Assembly: GCA_965221955.1 (NCBI GenBank) | Contig: CBDCTA010000029.1 | Span: 96,001-160,000, forward strand | Reading direction: 5' to 3' | Origin: Gammaproteobacteria bacterium | GTDB taxonomy: Bacteria; Pseudomonadota; Gammaproteobacteria; UBA4575 | Length of the DNA stretch: 64,000 nucleotides | Part shown: positions 40,815 through 49,845 of the stretch, in pieces | How the letters are laid out: each line of letters opens with the position of its first letter | Numbering within the stretch: the stretch's first letter is position 1 | Position numbers and translations under genes: made by a program | Notes under the pieces: model-generated | Seen by the model: the letters and a program-made list of their open reading frames with translations, nothing else | Databases searched by the model: none | What the model was told of the DNA's origin: nothing

Positions 40815-40931
40815 TTATAAACTGATAAGAAAATTTACAAATACAGTAATAGCAGCCGCTATAATAAATACTACCCAAAATGCGGTTACTATTGGATTTG
40901 TGTGGCTATTTTCTAAATGTTTTCCACTCAT
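40815..40931 (-). CDS. Unannotated 38-aa single-TM small protein
   Basis: AAGGA RBS; MSGKHLENSHTNPIVTAFWVVFIIAAAITVFVNFLISL; fills the gap between co-oriented genes. Confidence 0.55.
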   Translation of the reverse strand: MSGKHLENSHTNPIVTAFWVVFIIAAAITVFVNFLISL

Positions 40932-40962
40932 GATTAATCCTTTTCAATTCAAATTGAGTTAA

Positions 40963-41331
40963 TTACCTGCAGAGCACATCATCACGATGCTTTTCGATAG
41001 CATCGATAACTTTTGTGGTCTGATTTTTACCAATATTAAGGTCAGATAAGGACTGTTTTACACATTCCATCATGGCATCAACATGTTCATCATTAAGTCC
41101 TTCTTCTACTGCCCCTTTGTGCGCTCGACGCATATCTTTTCCCAAATATAAAGACGGGCCGCCAAAAATGTAGGTTAAAAAAGCAGTCATTTTTCTTTGT
41201 TGTGATTCAACATCTGTTTTTTCAAAAAAATCCTTAATGCGGTCATCATTTAATATATGCACATATAAATAATATGCTGCCTTTTCAACAGTTTCTTTCC
41301 CGCCAAGTTCATCATAAAGGGTTTGATCCAT
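40963..41331 (-). CDS. Group I truncated hemoglobin
   Basis: TLYDELGG, FGGP..Y.GKDMRRAH. Confidence 0.9.
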   Translation of the reverse strand: MDQTLYDELGGKETVEKAAYYLYVHILNDDRIKDFFEKTDVESQQRKMTAFLTYIFGGPSLYLGKDMRRAHKGAVEEGLNDEHVDAMMECVKQSLSDLNIGKNQTTKVIDAIEKHRDDVLCR

Positions 41332-41415
41332 TATTCTTTTCTTTCTATAAAGTTAAATTAATAAGTCGGATTTTTGAGTTAACTTCTATCTAAAATAGAC
41401 ATAGATTGAATAGAA

Positions 41416-42090
41416 TTAAAACTTCCTACCTATGCTTACAAAAAATACCCATGGGTCGATATCGATATCCACGTCTCTGCGTACGCCATTGGTTTTCAAT
41501 GTAGCATCGGCATCAATGTCTACATACCAAAGTGCAGTGTTAAAAAACCAATTTTCATTTATAGAAATATCTGTGCCGATTTGGGCAGCTAGCCCCCAAG
41601 AGTCATCAATATCAAGTTTTGTGTCACCGCCAAGCGCGGTTTCGAGCGAGGAAGAAACGTCTTCATCTGGAAAATGTGTGTAATTAAACCCTGCTCCAAT
41701 ATAAGGATGGAATTTTGCGGATCCATTAAAATGATACTGTAGTGATAAAGTAGGTGGAAACACATCTACATCTGCAATTTTTCCTAATGCGCTTAGACCA
41801 TCCTTGCCTTTTAAATCATGTGTAGATGGGGTAACACCTAAAAGTTCAATTGCAAATCTCGAAGTCAGCATATAACCGATTGTGAAACCTAATGTGACGT
41901 CATTATCAACACCCACTTCGGTGTTAGGTATTCCATCCACATCATTACTACTGTCGTTGGGCTCTATAAATGCGGGGCCGATTCTGGCAAACCAAGTGCC
42001 TTGATCGTAGGCATAACTTGCTGGTGTGATAGAAATGAAAATTATTAACAATAAAAATTTATAATTATTTAAGTGCGCTATTTGGATCAT
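41416..42090 (-). CDS. ompW: OmpW/AlkL family outer membrane protein
   Basis: PPTLSLQYHF, PYIGAGFNYT, DSWGLAAQIG and IDPWV. Confidence 0.92.
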   Translation of the reverse strand: MIQIAHLNNYKFLLLIIFISITPASYAYDQGTWFARIGPAFIEPNDSSNDVDGIPNTEVGVDNDVTLGFTIGYMLTSRFAIELLGVTPSTHDLKGKDGLSALGKIADVDVFPPTLSLQYHFNGSAKFHPYIGAGFNYTHFPDEDVSSSLETALGGDTKLDIDDSWGLAAQIGTDISINENWFFNTALWYVDIDADATLKTNGVRRDVDIDIDPWVFFVSIGRKF

Positions 42091-42187
42091 TATTTATTTC
42101 ATGCTTTTTTGTTAAAGATTTAAAAATTAATTACTCTATGAATTTAATATTCGATTAAAAACGTAACAAAGCTAGTCATATGTTTTG

Positions 42188-42315
42188 CTGACTTGTGTCA
42201 GCTTGAAACACTTTATGGGCTTTTATATCTAAATAGGAAGGGCGGTAGTTAGAACAATTTAATCCTAAAGAAAGTCATTACAGCAGAAAAAATTGATGTA
42301 ACTGATACATATCAG
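42188..42315. promoter_or_regulatory. Two variant FNR-like boxes in the ompW/sirB2 divergent region
   Basis: CTGACTTGTGTCAG 42188-42201; CTGATACATATCAG 42302-42315. Confidence 0.65.
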
Positions 42316-42391
42316 TTACGTTGATGCTATGTTGAGTAGACGATGTTTTAAGTTTGAAAAATTAAACGAATATTAAATGTAAAAAATATCG

Positions 42392-42766
42392 ATGTATGAA
42401 TTAATAAAAGCCATTCATGTTGCTACTGCTATCTTTTCGATTAGTGGATTTGTGATTAGAGGAATATGGATGATGAGCTCGTCTAGTCTATTAGAAAACA
42501 GGTGGGTAAAAGTAGTGCCCCATGTAAATGACACTATTTTATTAACAGCCGCAATAATATTAGTAATATTGAGCGGGCAATATCCGGGTCCAGCTACATG
42601 GATTAACGCAAAAATAGTTGCCTTACTAATTTATATTCTACTAGGGACTGTTGCGTTAAAGCGCGGTAAAACCATACAAATCAGAATTATTGCCTGGATA
42701 TCAGCGATTCTAATTTTTATGTATATACTGGTAGTTGCAAGCAGTAAGACGGTATTACCTTGGTAA
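42392..42766 (+). CDS. SirB2 family membrane protein
   Basis: KVVPHVNDTILL and YILLGTVALKRGK. Confidence 0.88.
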   Translation: MYELIKAIHVATAIFSISGFVIRGIWMMSSSSLLENRWVKVVPHVNDTILLTAAIILVILSGQYPGPATWINAKIVALLIYILLGTVALKRGKTIQIRIIAWISAILIFMYILVVASSKTVLPW

Positions 42767-42782
42767 GCGTCTAAGTACGGGC

Positions 42783-43520
42783 TTAACTCAAACTATAGTC
42801 ACCTTCAGCAACGCCACATAATTTTTCGTGATCTAGAATTGCTATCTTCTTTCGGTCTGCACTAAGTATTTTATTTTCTTTAAATTTTGAGATAAGTCTG
42901 CTGACTGTTTCATCAGCAAGACCTAAATAATTACCAATATCGTAACGGCTCATAGTGAGGTCAAATTCATCTGCAGAATAACCTCGAGCTTTAAAACGAC
43001 CAGAAAGATTAATTAAAAATGTTGCTAATTTTTGTTCTGCATTTCGTCGTGCTAGCAAAAGTAACATTGTATGGTCTTTTGTTATTTCATCACTGATTAA
43101 GCTTAATAATTGTTGTTGCAACCCAGGGATCTTTACACATAAAACGTTTAACTCATCGATGGGCAGTTCACATATTGTGGCGGTGTCAAGAGCAATGCCT
43201 GAGCAACTGTGAATCTGATTGTCTAGGCCATCTAGACCTAGAATTTCTCCTGGGAGGTGAAACCCTAAAACCTGTTCTTCACCGTTTTTTGCGGTCGTGA
43301 AAGTTTTAACTGAGCCAGAACGTACCGCATAAATACATCCTGATTTTTCACCTTGGTTAAATATAGATTCATTTTTTTGCAGTAATCTGCGCTGCTGGAT
43401 GACATCATCTAAAGAATGTAAGTCACTATTATTGAGCCCTCTTGGAAGACATAGCTCAACTAATGAGCAGTTCTTGCAAGATGCTTTCAGGGATCTAAAG
43501 TTGATTTTTTGCTCTTCCAT
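42783..43520 (-). CDS. fnr: FNR-like [4Fe-4S] CRP/FNR regulator
   Basis: CKNCSLVELC plus ICE; GFHLPGE; HTH IGNYLGLADETVSR. Confidence 0.92.
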   Translation of the reverse strand: MEEQKINFRSLKASCKNCSLVELCLPRGLNNSDLHSLDDVIQQRRLLQKNESIFNQGEKSGCIYAVRSGSVKTFTTAKNGEEQVLGFHLPGEILGLDGLDNQIHSCSGIALDTATICELPIDELNVLCVKIPGLQQQLLSLISDEITKDHTMLLLLARRNAEQKLATFLINLSGRFKARGYSADEFDLTMSRYDIGNYLGLADETVSRLISKFKENKILSADRKKIAILDHEKLCGVAEGDYSLS

Positions 43521-43636
43521 ACCTATTAATTAGTTTACTCCAATTCTAGGTAATTACCTTATAAATTAGATACATATGACAGAAAAATCACATAATTCAG
43601 CAAAATTAAGTAATTTTTACCAAAAAAACCTCTTTT

Positions 43637-43699
43637 CTGATATAGATCAGGATTATTATTTTTTTAAAATGGTCCATAGTCTTTCCTGATGTGGATCAG
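43637..43699. promoter_or_regulatory. Two variant FNR-like boxes in the fnr/GST divergent region
   Basis: CTGATATAGATCAG 43637-43650; CTGATGTGGATCAG 43686-43699. Confidence 0.7.
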
Positions 43700-43852
43700 A
43701 ACTTATATTTTCAGATCCTTATAATCTCCTCCTTCAAGCACTCTTGTTGAATTGCTAAAATCCTCTATAGAGTTTGGGGTATTTAAAAAAAAGAGCAAGA
43801 AACAAGTAACTATTTTAAAAAGTCACTGCAGAACTATTTACGGAGATTGATT

Positions 43853-44443
43853 ATGGGTTTATTTAGTAAGTCAAAACCACAAGCAAGCGGAAAACCGAAG
43901 CTGACATGTATGCAAGGTGATGCCGCATCGTATAAGTGCATCTTTTTAGCGTCCTATCGAAAAATACCTGTTGATATTGAATGGGGTGAGCCATCAACTT
44001 TAGACGATAAAATGTCAGAGTCTTTGAACATGTCAAATCTGAATCGCTATCCTTGTATTGAAGATGGTGATTTCACAATTTGTGGGGAGAGTGCTGTATT
44101 AACCTATCTAAATATTAAAGGCCGTACTCCTACGATCCATCCTAGAAAAGCGAGAGTACTGGCAATGCAACAATATTGGATACAAGTACTCAATACTAAA
44201 TGTACTGCAGAAGAAAATTTTCCTGCGGTATTTGAACAGCTAGACCAAGCCCTTCAGGGAAATAAATATATTGTTGGCGAACTTTCGCTTGCGGATTTTC
44301 ATTGGGCAGGCGCATTCAAAGCCATAGAAGAAAGTGGCAATGCCTTAGATATTTCTAAATATGAAAATGTCACTAATTGGCTAGCGCGAATGAAATCAGA
44401 GATTTCTGAATATGACATTAAAAGTGAAAAGGTTGCTGCATAA
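43853..44443 (+). CDS. Divergent glutathione S-transferase-fold protein
   Basis: RYPCIEDGDFTICGESAVLTYL; YIVGELSLADFHW. Confidence 0.8.
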   Translation: MGLFSKSKPQASGKPKLTCMQGDAASYKCIFLASYRKIPVDIEWGEPSTLDDKMSESLNMSNLNRYPCIEDGDFTICGESAVLTYLNIKGRTPTIHPRKARVLAMQQYWIQVLNTKCTAEENFPAVFEQLDQALQGNKYIVGELSLADFHWAGAFKAIEESGNALDISKYENVTNWLARMKSEISEYDIKSEKVAA

Positions 44444-44487
44444 CAGCACTTATGAAAGTTTAAGTATTAAATTATAGGTAAAAAATT

Positions 44488-45282
44488 ATGACTGATTTAT
44501 TTGAATTGATGGCTGAAAAATCTGGAGGCCAAAGTAATTCGGGGTATGGTGCATCGGGTGAAATGAAAAAAACACAGTTTGTATTAGAACTTATTGGCTG
44601 TCCTGCTGATGCTGATACTCTTAAATGTGTAATCACTGCCGCGGAACAAGGTATGGAAATGAATTGTTATAGCATAATCACCGATGCTGTGAGTAATCTT
44701 GATGAATGTATTGCTGAACTATCCCCATTATCCATTACACCATGTTTAAAAGAAGCTGATTTTTATGCATGTGGGAGTGATGCAATCACAGCCTTTGCAG
44801 ATGCTAGAGGATTAGGGTATGCGCTGACACCACGCAATGCATCGTTAGCTGCTATGCAAAATTATTGGGTGGATATTGCAAACTCAAATGTTGCGCCTCT
44901 TGTCAATCAGATTGTTGATGAAGTGTTTGTGAAGCAATATGAAGATTCATCTCATGCTGCAAATCAAGATGTAATTAACTCTGCTGGCGATGACTTGAGG
45001 ATCTTTTATGATGCTTTGGATAAGCAACTTCAGGGTAATAAATACATTGTCTGTGACAAATATACTTGGGCAGATCTTCATTGGACTGCTTATACACATT
45101 TATTAGATGCTGCAGGATGTAGCGTATTAATAAATGAAAGGACAAACGTCAAGCAATGGTTTGATCGTATCAAAACAAGAAAAGCGCAGTGTGGGCAAGA
45201 TGAAGTTGCTTACGAAAATTTACCTAATGCTGAAGAGATTAAACAAGGGAAGCTTAAATCTGTAGTAATTGCTGATTATTAA
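44488..45282 (+). CDS. Divergent glutathione S-transferase-fold protein with N-terminal extension
   Basis: PLSITPCLKEADF; LDKQLQGNKYIVCDKYTWADLHW..NVKQWFDRI. Confidence 0.8.
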   Translation: MTDLFELMAEKSGGQSNSGYGASGEMKKTQFVLELIGCPADADTLKCVITAAEQGMEMNCYSIITDAVSNLDECIAELSPLSITPCLKEADFYACGSDAITAFADARGLGYALTPRNASLAAMQNYWVDIANSNVAPLVNQIVDEVFVKQYEDSSHAANQDVINSAGDDLRIFYDALDKQLQGNKYIVCDKYTWADLHWTAYTHLLDAAGCSVLINERTNVKQWFDRIKTRKAQCGQDEVAYENLPNAEEIKQGKLKSVVIADY

Positions 45283-45321
45283 AACAATAAAGAATTATTA
45301 ATTGTAGAAGAGGAAAATAAA

Positions 45322-46509
45322 ATGCATAAATTTTTAGTAAATATTCGGTATTTTGAAACACCGATTTTAATTTTCTTGACCTTAGTTGGTCTTGTCATTG
45401 GCGGTCCGTGGGTGTGGACGGGTGTTGTCTTATTGGTTGCATCGATCATTGTCGATTGGGCAACGAGTGCCAGCTCATTATTTCACTGTGAGCCAGCAGG
45501 TAGAGACGAAAACGGTGATTTGTATGGAATCGATTGGTTCTTGAAAGTCATGATGTGGATACAATATCCCGTGTTTGTAATGCTACAACTTGCTTTGGTA
45601 TGGCGTGTATACGAATTTTCATCAGGAAATGCATTTGGACCAAATGAGTTATTCGGTATTACGATTCACCACGGTGTTACCGGATGGGAAATGTATGGTG
45701 CAACGGTATCTGCCGGCATCTACATGGGCCTAGGCATTATGTTTGGTCATGAGCTTGCTCATACTAAAGGACCTACATTCGTTTTAGCACGTTGGATGAT
45801 GGCATTAAGTGGTATTGCCCATTTCTGCTATGCGCATGTATACAACCACCATCTAGAGCTAGGTCACCAGGACGACCCTGCTACCTCACCGCGAGGACGC
45901 AACATCTATAAGCATTACCTTCTTTCTCACTTTGGACAATCACGTTTTCTATATGTAATGGAACAACAACGTTTGAAGAAAAAAGGTGTGCCTTTTATCT
46001 CATGGCAGAATCGTTGGATACGTGGATACGCAATGAGCTTGCCCACGATATTTATGTTCTGGTTTGCTGCCGGGTGGTGGGGCCTAGGTGTAATGGTCGG
46101 TTCTTGGGTCATCTCAGCCTTTGAATTAGAAGTGCTCAATTATTTAGAGCACTATGGCTTGATTCGTGAAAAAGGTCAGCCAATTGATTACCACCATTCT
46201 TGGGATGTAGGTGAATCTCCATTTACACAATGGGGCTTCATTGAGATTGGTCGACAAGCAGACCATCATGATAGAGGCGAAACGCATTTCTGGGAGTTAG
46301 AAGATTGTGGAGCGCCTGATACGGGTTATGGATATTACGCCATGCTTGCTTTGCTTCTTGTACCACCAGCGTGGGAAGCGTTTATAAAACCACGTCTCGC
46401 AGACTGGGATGAAAATCGTGCGAGTGAAGGCGAGCGCAAAATTGCTGCAAGGATGAACTATCTTGCCGGCTGGCATGACATGCCGCTATGTGATGCAGAC
46501 CCTAAATAA
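45322..46509 (+). CDS. XylM/AlkB-like membrane non-heme di-iron monooxygenase
   Basis: HELAH, AHVYNHH, DPATSPRG, NYLEHYG and RQADHH. Confidence 0.88.
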   Translation: MHKFLVNIRYFETPILIFLTLVGLVIGGPWVWTGVVLLVASIIVDWATSASSLFHCEPAGRDENGDLYGIDWFLKVMMWIQYPVFVMLQLALVWRVYEFSSGNAFGPNELFGITIHHGVTGWEMYGATVSAGIYMGLGIMFGHELAHTKGPTFVLARWMMALSGIAHFCYAHVYNHHLELGHQDDPATSPRGRNIYKHYLLSHFGQSRFLYVMEQQRLKKKGVPFISWQNRWIRGYAMSLPTIFMFWFAAGWWGLGVMVGSWVISAFELEVLNYLEHYGLIREKGQPIDYHHSWDVGESPFTQWGFIEIGRQADHHDRGETHFWELEDCGAPDTGYGYYAMLALLLVPPAWEAFIKPRLADWDENRASEGERKIAARMNYLAGWHDMPLCDADPK

Positions 46510-46530
46510 ATAAAGAATTAGGAGATAAGA

Positions 46531-46743
46531 ATGTCAAAAGTACAACAAGCGTTACTGGCTATTGCAGCATTTACAGGTGTTATGGGTTTTATCCTTTATT
46601 CACTTGGAATTGGTGACCATCATTTTAATCCATTGTGGGCACTTGGAACTGCAGTCATCTTTTTAATCATTTTGTTAATTGATGTGTGGATGTTTTTTGC
46701 AATATCAGGCGAAGATGCATTTAAATGGGATCCTGATTCTTAA
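46531..46743 (+). CDS. Small two-TM protein
   Basis: AGGAG RBS, 70 aa, last gene before a terminator. Confidence 0.7.
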   Translation: MSKVQQALLAIAAFTGVMGFILYSLGIGDHHFNPLWALGTAVIFLIILLIDVWMFFAISGEDAFKWDPDS

Positions 46744-46763
46744 ACACCTCATTATCCAAACTG

Positions 46764-46799
46764 AAAAAGCCGCAGCATGAATTACTGCGGCTTTTTTTT
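46764..46799 (+). terminator. Rho-independent terminator
   Basis: AAAAAGCCGCAG..CTGCGGCTTTTTTTT. Confidence 0.9.
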
Positions 46800-47019
46800 G
46801 CTCAATAAAAAGTACTTAATGATAAAACCAAAAGTAAATAGATTTATAAACGAATTTTTTAAAATTAGGTATTTATATGTCTTAGATCAATAACTTTATT
46901 GTTATTTAATAGCATACTGCTTGTGTATTGAGATTTACTCCTAGTTAATGGGCGAACCAAGATAGCGTGAAATTCAAGCGGTGCTTTACATATTACTTAG
47001 TAAGATAAGTTAGCCTCCT

Positions 47020-47634
47020 ATGAAAAAAGTATTGCCTTCTCGTTTACTGGTTCGTCTATTTTTTCAACCTAAACAGATATTTTCAGAGCTGGCAGAATTA
47101 GAACCCTCGGCATCGTCCGTTTTTTTTAAAGCCGCATTATGGTTAGGACTATTACCCCCAGTATTTGCATATTTTGGAGCAAGTAAATTTGGTTGGAGAT
47201 TAGGAACGGTAGAACCAATATTTTTAAGCAAAGATATCTTGCTTAGCATAAGTGTTGCATATTTCTGTGCGTTGCTAATTGGATTTTTAAGTTCTGCAAT
47301 CGTATCGCAATGGATGTCAAAGACGTATGGCGCAATAAATTCAATTGGCACTCATTTAGCCTTGATCACTATCGTAGGCGCACCTCTAGTTGTAGGAAGT
47401 ATCATCCATTTATACCCTAATGTTTTTATTAATGTTCTCGTATTTGTGCCTGCTGCACTTTGGAGTATGTACTTACTCTATCGAGGTTTGCCAATTGTGC
47501 TGCATACTACGCCTGAACGTGGCATGTTAATGGCATCTTCTTTGATTGGTTATTTGCTAGTTGCATTTGTAAGTCTATTAGGCATCACCGTTGTGCTTTG
47601 GATCTATGGTCTAGGTCCAGTCTTGGGAGTGTAG
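47020..47634 (+). CDS. Yip1-domain (DUF1282) membrane protein
   Basis: LPPVFAYFGA..GW, YLLYRGLP..PERG. Confidence 0.8.
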   Translation: MKKVLPSRLLVRLFFQPKQIFSELAELEPSASSVFFKAALWLGLLPPVFAYFGASKFGWRLGTVEPIFLSKDILLSISVAYFCALLIGFLSSAIVSQWMSKTYGAINSIGTHLALITIVGAPLVVGSIIHLYPNVFINVLVFVPAALWSMYLLYRGLPIVLHTTPERGMLMASSLIGYLLVAFVSLLGITVVLWIYGLGPVLGV

Positions 47635-47636
47635 GT

Positions 47637-49079
47637 ATGGTAGATCCTGCAAAGAATTTATCCGTCGAAATTTACAGTGATCGTATTGTTACGGTACTAG
47701 TAATGTTTTCAATTTTTTGGTCGGTTTTGGGAATGTTGGCGGGTGTGTACGTTTCAGCAGAACTCATATGGCCAGCACTCAACTTTGATCAACCATGGTT
47801 GTCGTTTGGAAGATTAAGAACCTTTCATACCAATGTGGTGATATTCGGATTTGCTGTATCCGCATTAATGGGTACGGCTTACTATAGTGTGCAGCGCACC
47901 AGTCATGTGCGTCTTTTTTCTCCTAGCCTTGCTTGGTTTACTTGTTGGGCATGGCAATTTGTCATACTCATTGGTGGTTTATCAATTTTAGCGGGTTTTA
48001 ATACTTCAAAAGAATATGCTGAACTTGAATGGCCACTCGATATTGCTATTGCATTGGTTTGGGTTTGTTTTGGTATTGTGTTTTTTGGAACGATTGCAAA
48101 GCGACGTATAAGAGAAATTTACATTTCGAACTGGTTTTATGGTGGGCTCATTATTGTGATCGCCATGCTGCATATCGTTAATAATTTAGAAGTCCCCGTT
48201 ACCCTCACAAAATCCTATTCTCTTTATGCCGGCGCACAAGATGCGATTGTGCAGTGGTGGTATGGCCATAATGCAGTAGGATTTTTGTTAACTGGTGGGT
48301 TTTTAGGAATGATGTATTACTTTCTTCCTAAGCAAGCAGAACGTCCTATTTGGAGTTACAAACTTTCTATCGTTGCCTTTTGGGCATTTACTTATAGCTA
48401 CATCTGGGCAGGACCGCATCATCTGCATTTCAATGCTATACCTGAGTGGGTGCAAAATTTAGGCATGTTGATGAGTTTAGTTTTGCTAGCACCTTCTTGG
48501 GCATCTATGATCAATGGCATTATGACGGTGAGCACAGCATGGGAAAAACTTCGCAGTGATCCGTCATTAAAATTTATTGTATTGGCATTGGCGTTTTACG
48601 GTCTTGCAACCTTTGAAGGTCCTATGCTTGCAATTAAAAGTGTAAACATCATTAGTCATTTTACAGAATGGACGATAGGGCATGTACATTCTGGCGCATT
48701 GGGTTGGAATGCATTAATTACTTTTGGCACATTTTATTTTCTTGTGCCGAGATTAGTGGGAGCAAAACTCTACAGTGTGCGTTTAGCAAATATTCATTTT
48801 TGGTTGGCGTTGGCCGGGACGATTCTTTACATCGTTGCATTGTGGGGCGCAGGTATTTCGCAAGGAGTGCTATGGCTAAGTTTAGACGATTTAGGTGAGC
48901 TTCGTTATAGCTTTACAGAAATTATGGCAGCGATGAATCCATACTATTTATTGCGTTTTGTTGCAGGTGCAATCTTTTTGCTTGGTGCCATATTGATGTA
49001 TTACAACTTTTTTAGAACCATTTTAGGTAGACGTACCGTTGCAGTAAGGCCTCCAGCCTTAGAGGGAGCTGTCATATGA
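47637..49079 (+). CDS. ccoN: cbb3-type cytochrome c oxidase subunit I
   Basis: SFGRLRTFHTN, KEYAELEW, QWWYGHNAVGF, WAGPHHL and WTIGHVHSG. Confidence 0.96.
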   Translation: MVDPAKNLSVEIYSDRIVTVLVMFSIFWSVLGMLAGVYVSAELIWPALNFDQPWLSFGRLRTFHTNVVIFGFAVSALMGTAYYSVQRTSHVRLFSPSLAWFTCWAWQFVILIGGLSILAGFNTSKEYAELEWPLDIAIALVWVCFGIVFFGTIAKRRIREIYISNWFYGGLIIVIAMLHIVNNLEVPVTLTKSYSLYAGAQDAIVQWWYGHNAVGFLLTGGFLGMMYYFLPKQAERPIWSYKLSIVAFWAFTYSYIWAGPHHLHFNAIPEWVQNLGMLMSLVLLAPSWASMINGIMTVSTAWEKLRSDPSLKFIVLALAFYGLATFEGPMLAIKSVNIISHFTEWTIGHVHSGALGWNALITFGTFYFLVPRLVGAKLYSVRLANIHFWLALAGTILYIVALWGAGISQGVLWLSLDDLGELRYSFTEIMAAMNPYYLLRFVAGAIFLLGAILMYYNFFRTILGRRTVAVRPPALEGAVI

Positions 49080-49702
49080 ATGGATTCCAATTACATCAGA
49101 TTCTTGAAAAAAATATTGGCTTATTGATTTTTGGGATATTATTTGTGTCAGCAATTGGAGGACTTGTTCAAGTGCTCCCAAGTTTATTTCAAGAATCATT
49201 AAAAACCGCGAGTCCAAATACTAAAGTTTATCAACCGCTCGAATTAGTTGGGCGCGACATATACATTCGAGAGGCATGTAGTACATGTCATTCACAACAA
49301 ATTCGTCCACTTGTTGCTGAAGTGCAACGCTATGGAACTTTTTCGCGCGCTGGAGAATTTGTTTATGACCGCCCTTTTTTATGGGGTTCAAAAAGAACCG
49401 GGCCTGATTTACATCGTATTGGTGGAAAGTATTCCGATGATTGGCAACGTATACATTTGTTAAACCCACGAGAGGTTGTACCAAATTCTATTATGCCTGC
49501 TTACCCGTGGTTAGCGGAACATGCCGCAAATCGTAGTCACGATATTGAAAAGAAATTGCGCGTATTGAAAAAATTAGGACACCCTTATTCAGAAGAAGAT
49601 ATTGAAACTGCAAGTGCTGTGCTTGAGGGAAAAACGGAATTAGATGCATTGGTTGCATATTTGCAAGTGCTTGGAACAGCCTACTCGATAGGAGAGCAGT
49701 AA
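49076..49702 (+). CDS. ccoO: cbb3-type oxidase subunit II
   Basis: GRDIYIRE.CSTCHSQQIRP and WGSKRTGPDL. Confidence 0.96.
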   Translation: MNGFQLHQILEKNIGLLIFGILFVSAIGGLVQVLPSLFQESLKTASPNTKVYQPLELVGRDIYIREACSTCHSQQIRPLVAEVQRYGTFSRAGEFVYDRPFLWGSKRTGPDLHRIGGKYSDDWQRIHLLNPREVVPNSIMPAYPWLAEHAANRSHDIEKKLRVLKKLGHPYSEEDIETASAVLEGKTELDALVAYLQVLGTAYSIGEQ

Positions 49703-49845
49703 TGGCTTATTTTATTTTTATTGGCGACATGCTTGTGATGGCATTCATGATTGGTGTGGTGGTTTGGGTATCTATGAAATCTTCAGATAAATCTACAAAG
49801 AAAGCAGCGCGTATTCCTTTAGAAGACGAGGACATCAATGGCTGA
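49702..49845 (+). CDS. ccoQ: cbb3-type oxidase subunit CcoQ (47 aa, not in ORF track)
   Basis: MAYFIF..FMIGVVVWV..AARIPLEDED between ccoO and ccoP. Confidence 0.8.
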   Translation: MAYFIFIGDMLVMAFMIGVVVWVSMKSSDKSTKKAARIPLEDEDING

